DNA of 63,904 bases, filler included, from Collodictyon triciliatum (lineage: Eukaryota), in assembly GCA_043381765.1 (NCBI GenBank). It is 8 parts of 8 records of this genome, joined end to end, with 100 filler letters (N's around TTAATTAATTAA, not from the genome) between each part and the next. Parts side by side here need not be neighbours in the genome. Positions count along the whole stretch, not along the records: positions 10,420 to 20,722 come from JBHJMP010002724.1; positions 20,823 to 31,122 come from JBHJMP010002725.1; 6 more parts are not named here. The stretch is one strand, 5' to 3'. The first letter of the stretch is position 1. Each line of letters opens with the position of its first letter. Positions 11,264 to 21,537 of the stretch are shown in pieces. The position numbers and the translations under genes were made by a program. The notes under the pieces were generated by a model. That model was not told where the DNA came from. It ran no database searches and was given only the letters and a program-made list of their open reading frames with translations.

Positions 11264-14200
11264 GATCTATCGATCTATCTATCTGTGCATATTTGAAATA
11301 TTATGCAATTTGAAGTATCAACAATTTCGTTTTCTTTGTACACGCTGTCGCCCATTATACCATATTATTCCAAAAGTGAATTCCTAAAGCTCTGTGTCAT
11401 ACTCCCTTATCGGCTAAAACGAACAAAAATGAATCAATATATTGTTTGTTCCATATATGTCAAATTGTTAATACTAGATGCATCCTTGTACACAACTTCT
11501 TTATAATATATTTCTCGCTTGGCCTCCAAGTATGTCTATGTCATTAAGACAAGCTGTTACAACATTCACAACCAGGCGAGAAAAGTCATGGAGAACCGTT
11601 TCCAGCCAACCGAGTCTGTCTCGTCCTTCCTCAGCAACGCCGACACGCTCGAGGACACCCACACCAGCATCGTCCAGAAAACCAAAGATTCTTCTGTATA
11701 GAAACGGCCAAAGATTGGACAAGCAAGGAGTGACTTATGTGGTCGCATCAAGTATTGCACAGGTTTGATTTTTCTACTTTTACTGGCGTACGATTTTATT
11801 ATCTCAGGTTTTTTTTAATTGAACCTTCACAAATCCTTGGTGCTATTTTCCTCCGTTCTTTTGCTTGCTCAGATTTACCTCTTACCACAATCAGGGTGTC
11901 GTGTTACTTAAATATTCCTTCCCTACACTTGTATCTTGAGGTTATTCGTTTCATGGTTTGATGACCATGCTTTTCTTTTAGATGATGGGCGATTGCACAA
12001 CAATCCTCTCGCTTCCTTTTTCTGCAAAATCACTCTATTTGGCAGATGGAACGCCTGTGAATCACGCAAGTCAACTTCATGAAGGAACTAAGGTTATTGT
12101 GAGTGCTGGAGAACGATTCAAATACAGGCTATATCTCAATAAAGGTAGGCCTTTCATCGTATATTTATCCTTCCTATTTAATATTTACCTGCAAGAGACA
12201 CTTATGGAAAAATATCATAAATATATGACATAGAAAATATGATAATGATACTCAATTTTTAACCCAATTCATCATTATTTTCCGTCTTGTGGCTGTGTTT
12301 TTCTCTCACTCATTTTGAATCGATGACAGATTTTCTAAGATCTATTTTAATACAGAACAATATGAAAGTCTTCCAAGGTCATGTAAATACTGTGGACAAT
12401 TTTTCATCCCCCGAGAAAACACACCCATATCTTGCTTAAAACATTCACTCGGATTCATCAACGGCCGATGGATTTGCTGCGGTCAAACAGAAAAGGGCAT
12501 CCACGGCTGCTCGAAAGGATTTCACGCAGACCCACGGGTTTTTCCTTATATCTAAAAATCCATTTCTGCAACATTTCCATATATACTGGATACGTATGCA
12601 TATTCGCAGAATGACGATTTGAAATAGTGGTATCCAGTCACAGTGTCTACTTTGAAGTGTGATATATTTTAAAATGTTACTATGGAAACGAATGGGAACC
12701 GCAATATATATATGATTGGAAAGATGAATCAGTATTTGTCAATTAAATGAATTTGTGTATAGTATGACGACGATTTGAATCTCCTCCCTCGAAAAAATGC
12801 TATTTGCGTATATTTGAACGGAACGCCGATTGGCTCGCCCCACTGCGCCGTTGTAGATATTCCTACAAAGATGGAAGTGGTATGAATATCCTAATTTTCT
12901 TGCTTTCTACAAAACCATGCACCTCAAAAAAAAAATTTGCTGCATTTTTTTTTTTTAAAAAAAAAAGGAAAATCATGTTCTACATTCCACATTGAATGAT
13001 ATTTATGCAAAGTAAAACATTTCTCAAAAAACCAGAGTATAATAATCTCCCATTATATTACAATTCGATACTTGTGCGCTGCTTTATTTTCTTTTACAAA
13101 ACGATGCGTCTCTCATGGATAATCTAATATGCTATTATAGCTATTTGAAAACTGTGGACGAAAGCTTGGACTAATACGAAACATTAAGAAGCTATTCAAT
13201 GAGAAAGGTAAATCAAAAAATCAAAATACATTGCTAAGGCCCCACTGCTGCTCTCAAGCTCACGATTGTGTTCTGAAACAAAAGGTCAGGAAATCACCTC
13301 AATGGCGGACATTAGACATGATATGAATATAATTGCATCAACCGGAGACCATTTTAAATGGGGCGTTTACCTGACGAAAGGTAACCACTATATGAAAATT
13401 TTGTTTTGCTATAAAAAAGTTTTTAAAAAGTACCCCAATCAGTTCGGACAATCAAATATTGAAAAGAAATAAACAAAGAAAATCGATGTATGCAGTAATT
13501 CAAAGGCGCTATTCATATTTTTTTTATGTTTTCAATTGTAGACGAACTGAGGCGCATCCCTCGAAAATGCGTGCGTTGTAAATCAGAATACACGGCTGAG
13601 AAGAATGGGCCTGATGCGTGCTTGTTCCATCCGCTTCCATATAATCCTGCCAGTGGTGTATCCTAAATAGTTTATTCTTCTGGAATTATTGTAATGATAT
13701 TATTTGTCGTTGTAGTGACAACATGATGCATGCAATACCTCCCTTCTTCTTTTTTTTTAATTCTATATATGAAAGACAAACTAATTAGACGCATTTGGTA
13801 TGGATAATATTCGTGATCAAAACCAAAGTCGCTGCTCATATATTTCTTTAACGCAGTATAACAGATTATATCCTTTTTTTTCGAAAAAAAATTGGAGAAA
13901 TTGCACAACCCATCAACATAATCAGGCACAACATTACAGTTTCGGTCACGCTGAAAGCATGTGACTATGAGTTATTTAAATCATAATTTTTATTGTATAC
14001 ATGTATTTCAATCAGATAACGCTACCATTTTCATGCAAGATTTGTGTCAGAGAAAGGCAATCCAATCGTTGCCTCCTCTTCCAACTCTCTTTTCTATTCT
14101 ATTTTTTTTTTGTATCCAACATTAATTCCTTAACCATGGCGCACTGGTTGTGTTGTCATTCGAAAGCAAGAGACAGCAAATCACTTCTTGGTTGTAGAGC

Positions 14201-14267
14201 GGCGCCGCACTTTGACCCGCGGTTTGGACCAGGAGCGAGTATCAGCACAATTGCACCATCAGAATAA
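10476..14267 (+). CDS. Protein with two tandem units of doublecortin (DCX)-like domain + CHORD-like Cys/His zinc finger; start uncertain
   Basis: Unit 1: ILLYRNG...KSLYLADG...IVSAGERFK then CKYC-x13-CLKH...WICC...GC...H. Unit 2: IFERNAD...KKLFNEKG...IASTGDHFK then CVRC-x13-CLFH...WLCC...GC...H. Ends in TAA at 14265-14267. Confidence 0.8.
11002..11283. repeat. Intronic (TTTTTATTTGG)n 11-mer array followed by (CTAT)n
   Basis: Visible tandem repeats separated by a short N gap. Confidence 0.9.
13658..13864 (+). other. Candidate U12-type GT-AG intron
   Basis: 5' site GTATCCTA; branch-like TTCTTTAAC at 13844-13852, then 12 nt ending in the terminal AG. Confidence 0.7.
13868..14144 (+). other. U12-type AT-AC intron
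   Basis: 5' site ATATCCTTTT; branch point TTCCTTAAC at 14126-14134; terminal AC 10 nt later; splicing restores the TGG-TTG-TGT-TGT frame. Confidence 0.85.
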
Positions 14268-14627
14268 TCTCTTCATCTCGCCCTTTGGGAATGTATATAG
14301 ACCCTGTCTATCCCACAAATATCGACTTTCTACTTCCATTGGTATAGCAAGCTTAAATGTTCTTTTATCAACAAGAAAGAAAAGATAAGCTGTCCAACCT
14401 TTGAAAGAAACATCTTTGGTTGATTTGTACAACTTACACTTTGCAACTTGCCATCGATGCACTCATCAACACCACCATTTCTTTTAACAGTTTTCTTGAG
14501 ATGGAGTTATATTTGTCTATGTTAATAAAATCCGTATCCTTCTTTGATTTATTGTGCTTTGAGAGAAGCTTAAGCTTTGAAGGGTGAGTTATATGTACTC
14601 TTGTTTGCTTCGAACGGGAGGCATGGC

Positions 14628-17600
14628 TCAGCCAAACGAATGAACAATAATTGCCACAGCTTCTCCGGACATATTTGAGATGCATGCAAGCCCGTATCGA
14701 CCTTTGTTTTTGCGGAGCACATTCAACAAGGAGATGATAATACGTGCTCCGGAGGCTCCTGTGCATGTTTTTGGGATGATATATGAGTGCCAAAGTATGT
14801 GGTGGGTATAGGAGAGTGGATAAAATGTGCGATGCATGTCGTTTTTTTTTTAAAATAAATAAATAATTTAATCAATCAAATTGCGGACACGTTGATATTT
14901 TTATTTTATTTTCCACTATGGAGGACATTTTCGTGTCTTTGAGTGTCACTTACCCATAGGATGACCGAGAGATAATGTTCCCCCATGTAGATTCACTACC
15001 GATGGGTCCAGTTTCAGCTCCTTATTTTCATTATTATTTTTTACGTAGTGTGATTTTATTTTATTTTAAGAGAAATATTCATGCAACTTTCCATAGGCTC
15101 CAAGGCAACATGATAAAAGAAAATATTATTAGAACATATTCGCACCCGCATAACGTCGATGGAAAGTGCGCTGAAAGTATCGGGAATCTCGTAATAATCG
15201 ATGTATTCTCGGTGTATGAATGATTTTTCAAAGACCTTTTGATATATGTTTTTTTGTTTTGAATGGGAATAAAGTCGTCATAAAGAAAAATGAGAAATTC
15301 TCACAAATACAAATATCGCTAGAGTCAGATTATAAAGCATATAGTGAAAAGGAATGTAAAGAGGAGAGGAAAAGCCATTTGACAACAAAGAAATCCTACT
15401 TTATTGATAGCCATCACCGGAGCCGCAAGAACATGGTGAGGACCCTTCATAATACGAGCATGTGCTGCGGTACGGATAAATAAAACAAATGTTTTTCTTT
15501 TCAAAAAAAAAAAGGCGGAAATACTAATAAGACAAATATGTAGTTCGGATGAATTTTCATGCAAGCATCCAAGTGTGTATAAAAGACGAAAATGGGCATA
15601 TTTTCCACAAAAAAAAGGCAGTAATTTATAATAAAGAAACATACCAATAATGCGTCCAATTGCTTTTAACTTGTGTTGCTTCACTACATCGCCACTTGCC
15701 AGAACCTGATTTATTATAATTCTATTATTATTTTTACAAATTTGGTTACTTAATCGCATTGGGACTAACATGACTTGGAACCTCTTTTCTTCCAGACAAA
15801 ATAAATGGAATAAAATGAAATTATGCAATCTAACGAAGAAGGAACAAACAAGTGCCGCTGCTCCATCACTGAGCTTACATGAGTTTGCTGATGTAATGCG
15901 ACCTGCAATGGAAGTAACACGAGCCGACATAAAATCAATTTTAGAACAATTTCGTCGAATTGAAGATACATATTCCATCAATTTTATCTGAAGTTTTTTT
16001 TTTGTAATTCACTGAACCAGTGCTTTAATTTTGTGTATTAAAGGATGCAAAAAAATCATTGTGATGTTTGTTACCATTTGCATGAAAAAAAGGTTTAGCT
16101 GCACGAATTTTGTCAGGGTCGAATTTGTTTATGTGTTCATCTTCAGAAAAGACTGCTTCCATTCCTCTGATGAGTTTGTGTAACGGGTATTAAAAATGAT
16201 TTTCTTCAGCGTTAATCCATATAATATAATATATTTTTGTAATGCTACAAACTCTTGGTTACGGAAGGTTACAGGTACAATTTCGTCTTTGAATTTGCCT
16301 TCCTAAGTTATCATCATAGCAATAAAAAAAAATACCGAAATGAGTAATGCTATTGGGTGCAGATATTTAAACTTGATAATTCAGAAAATATAAAACAGAA
16401 TATAGTAAAAAGTAATTATATCTGAAAAAATAAAGACAATTCATCTTATATAAGGGTGAAATATACAGCATGTGCTGCCGCTGCACGTTTATGTGAAATA
16501 ATTGTGAAATTGTCCTGCATCTCGCGTCTGAATGAGAAACAACATAATGTTGAAATATTTCAAATTTACTTTTTTTTTCTCTTTTTATACCGGGCTTGTA
16601 TTGTAATTTGTATTATTAATTCATTTAAGGCGAAAAAAATGGAACCCCATAGAATAAATTGAAAATACGCACGTTATATTCCGACTCTTTGCATAGTCTT
16701 CAATATGTTGTCCCTAGTTTTCAATATTTTAGTAGAGCCGGATTTCATATAGGTTTGAAAAGAAGATTCGATAAATATATACTAACAAGGTCAAAGTTGT
16801 TATGGAAATCCCAGAAACCATCTTTGCAGTGAGTATCTATGTCTCCAACGGGATGTGTCTGAGTTTTCAAATTTTTATTTATGGTTCACATTATTCTTAT
16901 GTAATGATACAGGAAGGAAAAACATGGGGGTGATCTTAATTTTGTATGAAAAAATCTTTGAAAAAAGGATTCAATACATGAAGAAAAATGCAGAATTTGA
17001 TATTGATATCATATATTAAAGGCAATTTACTCGCTGAAGATAAGCAGATGACTTTGATATGCTCTCAAAGCCCCCGACAACACAAAAGCCATCGCTAGTC
17101 TAAAATAAAGCTATTAGATTTGTTTGGCAAATCGCGAGCTATGAATGCTTTCGATATTACTAAATCAAGAAAGATGAAGTATTATGCGGTAAATTAGCAT
17201 GTGTGATTATCACGGTTTCAAGTTTAATATATTAAGGAAAATTTAATATCAATTTATACACATTTCTTGTGGTAGGTCCTTAACATAAAAAATCAATGCA
17301 CACGATCTAATAGATACCAAAGTTCCATATTCCACATCAGCAGCTCCAAAATCAACTGCTACAGCTCCAGATACACATAGAGAGTCATTATCGCCTCGTG
17401 AAACGCTTGTCGGGATACCTTTATTACATTATTCCTGAGGTACTGACAAATCGAAAAATATACATTACGTCCGAAAAGTAGAGTCTGCTTTTCTCTCAAG
17501 AGCAGAAATAACCCAAACAAAATAGAAAAGAAAAAAATATTGTTCTTCACTTTTAGGGGCGTGCATGTGTATTTTCAGAATTAACTAGAAGTATTTTCCC

Positions 17601-18671
17601 AATATCATTGGTAGAAACCAATTTCGATTTACTATTTAACAATAAGCTTTCTAAAAGAGAAAAAGAAACGAACCTCCCAGGGTCGCTGCCTGACGAACTA
17701 GATTATCACGATAGCCACCGCTGACAACGTTTCCCAGATATACTGACTGAACAGATTTTGCATCGACACCTAGAAGTTGGAGGATTGCAAACAAAGAAAC
17801 AGCATCAGAATGAAAGATGCACATATCAACCCAAATATTACGGAAACTGGAATTACAGCCTATTTTATTTTTAATTTACATTATTTTATTTTATTTTATT
17901 TTATTTTATTTTATTTATTTTTAATTTTTAATTTTTAATTTTTAATTTTTAATTTTTAATTTTTAATTTTTAATTTTTAATTTTTAATTTTTAATTTTTA
18001 ATTTTTAATTTTTAATTTTTACTTTTTACTTTTTACTTCATTTTTTTACTTTATTTTTTTACTTTATTTTTTTACTTTATTTTTTTACTTTATTTTTTGC
18101 TTTATTTTTTGCTTTATTTTTTACTTTATTTTTTACTTTTTACTTTTTTATTTTTGCATGGTGTGATTGGATGGAAGAGAAAAAGAGAGATACAAGAGGA
18201 TGAACAAGAAAATGGAGGGGAAGATGGCGCACAAGTACCTGCCCGAGATAGAGATGCCTTCACAATAGTTCCTCCGAGCCTTGAAGTTGAGAGAGAGGAA
18301 AGTGCTCCGTTGAAAGACCCAATAGGTGTTCGTACTGCACTGAGAATGAAAGCTTCCTACATACCGATAGAAATCAAACCAAACTGCAAATATTGTATCA
18401 AAAGGCGAGATAATTATGGTCTTACATTCGCATGAGTCAAAAAATATTAAAGAAAATGTGAATAAAAATAAAGGAAACAAAAAGACAAACAGAACGGGCC
18501 AGAAACACAAAGAACATCAAGGTAATGCGTTTGATTTGTTTTTGTGAGGAAAATGAACATACAAGATATTAAAAAAAAGTAAAAAAGAAAGGGATGAGCC
18601 ACCTTCCTAGTCGAATAGCGCGCGATCTGCAGTGTTGAGCTTTGACGAATCCTGGGTAGCATTTCTTCCAT
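14628..18671 (-). CDS. Divergent mitochondrial thiolase (acetyl-CoA acetyltransferase-like), 14 exons
   Basis: Arg/Ser-rich presequence MLPRIRQSSTLQIARYSTRK; motifs AVRTPIGSFNG, YLGNVVSGG, LCVSG, GGFESIS, FKDEIVPV, LSDGAAAL, VNLHGGTLSLGHPMGASGARI. All introns GT-AG. Confidence 0.9.
17880..18152. repeat. Intronic (TTTTA)n/(TTTTAA)n and related T-rich arrays
   Basis: Tandem repeats in thiolase intron 2. Confidence 0.9.
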
Positions 18672-19510
18672 TTCACCGTCAGTATTTTATTCATTTTTTT
18701 TATTTATTTTGCACGGAAGACAAAAACACACTGATCTCTGAGTGCATCGATGACTTTGGTAATACGTGGGCGTGTTCGGCCACTTCGATTCATCGTTTTG
18801 CATGTATTTGTGCTTTTGGGTGGTGTGTGTCAGCTCTTTGGAATGAAAGGAGAGACTTTGTGCGTTGCTTTAAACTTGCGGCTGAAGCAGGAAACAATTA
18901 CTGTTCTGGGCCATCATGCCGGATTTGAAAGCCCGCTGTCATCCCGGTTTTGGCGTTCCACCTGTGCGCCGAATGCAGAATATGCTGTGCGAACACCATC
19001 GAAAGAGAGAAAAGGAAGAGTGAGGGAGAGAAAAGCAAAAAGCAAGTCAAAGGTATGCTGCGAGGAAGATAGCGCCTTTGTAATGCATCAAGTGTCCCCT
19101 TTCATTGCTGTTTGCTGCTTACTCCATCCATAGCACGTTTACGATGCTGCCACGATGCTCTCCCATGTGCAAGAAAATCGCAAAGTTTGGTTGTGTGCGT
19201 TGCTCGAAGGAGTCTACCACGCGGATAAAGAGCGAGACGCCCTTATTTCCTGTTGGAAGGACTTTCCTGGCTGTGTGATGTTTATTCGCGTTTTATTGGT
19301 TGTATTTTTTATTTTTTTAATGTCGCGGCTGTTCCTCATCGCGGTGCGGTTAAAATATTCAAAAAAGAAAAAGAAAAAAAAAGGTTAAGCCATTCCTCGG
19401 AGAGAGACATGGGTGAGTTTCCAACCTTGAAAAAAAGAAGTGGAGCTTGACAAGCATTTGAAGAGAGACAATGAGACGAGAGAGGAACATGAGTTGAAGA
19501 GGAAGTTCCA

Positions 19511-20608
19511 CTAGGTGCGCTTGGCCTCCTGAATAAACTCGAGAATCACTCGAGCCTGAACCTTCTTAAGGTTAAACGGTGCGGATGTCAGGTCTTTTTC
19601 TTCGAGTTCAACAAAGTCTTCTCCCGTGTAGCCTTTCACGCCAACGGTTGCCACAAAGTCGGGATGTGCATTCTTCCCTCCCAAGTACTTGATAAGCTCT
19701 GCAGTGGTCATTTGGCCAACAGGCTTGGACACTTTCACAGTCTGCTGCAGGGGATTCCTAATCACCTCGTTCAGCTCAGCCTCAACTTGGGCAGCGTTGA
19801 TGCGGCTTTCAAAATCTCTTTCCCAGCATTTGTGAATCAATGCCACAAGATTGGATGGAGACGACGGCGGGAGAGGAAGCAAAGCTCCACTCAATACCCT
19901 CTGTCCGATTTCTGCATCCTTCAAATCCTGATACGGATACTCACCGGTCAGCATGGACCATATGACCACTCCATACGAGTATATATCGCTGGGAAGTCCC
20001 ATACTTTTCCCAATCTCAAACGCCTCTGGAGGCGACCAACTAATGGAGCCCTTGAAGCTGCTGACGGAGTTGACAGAGACACCACTTTTTGAGAGGCCAA
20101 AGTCAGTCAACTTTGCAACTCCATTGACAAGCAAGACATTCTGGGTCTTCAAGTCGCGGTGTTGAATGGCTGGTGTGCGTGTGTGCAGATACTTGAGGCC
20201 TTGGATGATATGTAAGCCATACTTCAAGGATGTTTCGTTTCCAAGAGCCTTGTGTCTCTTGACGAGCGAGTATAGGTCTCCTCCGTCCGCATATTCCATG
20301 ACAAAGAGAAGGTCTTTGCTACGGAAGCCATAGTCGTAGAGAGCAAGAATATTTGGATGCTGCAGCCCAAGCATCATATTACCTTCTTTCTCGGGGTCAG
20401 AGCCGTCAGCAGCAGAGCGCAGCTCCGCACTTGCAACGACCTTCACTGCATAGAGACCTGCCCTGAGCTGCACTTTAAAGACCAGTCCGAATCCACCAGC
20501 GCCAAGGAAGTTTTCTTTCTTTTCGAAGTCGACAACGAGGATGTCTGCATATTTACTGGTTGCAAGACGACTAGCAGTGACGGTAGATGTCTGAGTCTTG
20601 GAAACCAC
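19511..20608 (-). CDS. TKL-like protein kinase with C-terminal SAM-like domain; terminal exon, 5' part lost at contig end
   Basis: LGAGGFG, AVK, HRDLKTQN, DFG, WSPPE, SDIYSYG; TGCAG acceptor just upstream; tail ...MTTAELIKYL...YTGEDFVELEEKDL. Confidence 0.9.
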   Translation of the reverse strand: MVSKTQTSTVTASRLATSKYADILVVDFEKKENFLGAGGFGLVFKVQLRAGLYAVKVVASAELRSAADGSDPEKEGNMMLGLQHPNILALYDYGFRSKDLLFVMEYADGGDLYSLVKRHKALGNETSLKYGLHIIQGLKYLHTRTPAIQHRDLKTQNVLLVNGVAKLTDFGLSKSGVSVNSVSSFKGSISWSPPEAFEIGKSMGLPSDIYSYGVVIWSMLTGEYPYQDLKDAEIGQRVLSGALLPLPPSSPSNLVALIHKCWERDFESRINAAQVEAELNEVIRNPLQQTVKVSKPVGQMTTAELIKYLGGKNAHPDFVATVGVKGYTGEDFVELEEKDLTSAPFNLKKVQARVILEFIQEAKRT

Positions 20609-20822
20609 TGCAGATAATTATTTAATTATTGTTACTATCCCTAAGAGAGGTTAATGGAGGAACGATTATTCACTTAGAAATCATGTTTGTATCTTTTTTT
20701 TTTTTTGTTAAAAAGAAAAAGANNNNNNNNNNNNNNNNNNNNNNNNNNNNNNNNNNNNNNNNNNNNTTAATTAATTAANNNNNNNNNNNNNNNNNNNNNN
20801 NNNNNNNNNNNNNNNNNNNNNN

Positions 20823-21537
20823 GACTTTAGTCTCTCGTTTTCAGATTGAAGCGCTTCATGCGATTGTTTGAGTTGTTGGACTTCGTTTGTGAGTTTCTCA
20901 ACGTTCTCTGTGTCCTCTTGATTTGAATACTTTAGTCTATCGTTTTCAGATTGAAGTGCTTCGTGTGATTGTTTGAGTTGCTGGACTTCGTTTGTGAGTT
21001 TCTCGATGCTCTCTGTGTCCTCTTGATTTGTAGACTTTAGTCTCTCGTTTTCGGATTGAAGCGCTTCGTGTGACTGCTTGAGTTGTTGGACTTCGTTTGT
21101 GAGTTTCTCGATGCTCTCATTATCTTCTTGATTTGAAGACTTTAGTCTCTCGTTTTCAGATTGAAGCGCTTCATGCGATTGTTTGAGTTGTTGGACTTCG
21201 TTTGTGAGTTTCTCAACGTTCTCTGTGTCCTCTTGATTTGAAGACTTTAGTCTATCGTTTTCAGATTGAAGCGCTTCGTGTGACTGCTTGAGTTGTTGGA
21301 CTTCGTTTGTGAGTTTCTCGACGTTCTCTGTGTCTTCTTGATTTGAATACTTTAGTCTTTCGTTTTCGGATTGAAGCGCTTCGTGTGACTGCTTGAGTTG
21401 CTGGACTTCGTTTGTGAGTTTCTCGATGCTCTCATTATCTTCTTGATTTGAATACTTTAGTCTATCGTTTTCGGATTGAAGCGCTTCATGTGATTGCTTG
21501 AGTTGCTGGACTTCGTTTGTGAGTTTCTTGATGTTTT
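20823..21537 (-). repeat. 105-bp coding tandem repeat, about 7 copies
   Basis: Repeating unit EKLTNEVQQLKQSHEALQSEN(E/D)RLK(S/Y)SNQED(TENV/NESI). Confidence 0.95.

Noticed and set aside
10960-11387. Long ORFs over microsatellites or N runs (also 28051-28397, 34440-34865, 36422-36761, 46671-47507, 48880-49511)
   Set aside because: Artefacts of stop-free simple repeats or gaps
12886-12895. ATATCCTAAT as another AT-AC donor in the DCX gene
   Set aside because: No matching branch point plus AC found; a canonical GT-AG model with a small exon at about 13036-13073 keeps the frame
18700-19450. Overlapping short ORFs between thiolase and kinase
   Set aside because: No motifs or consistent splice structure
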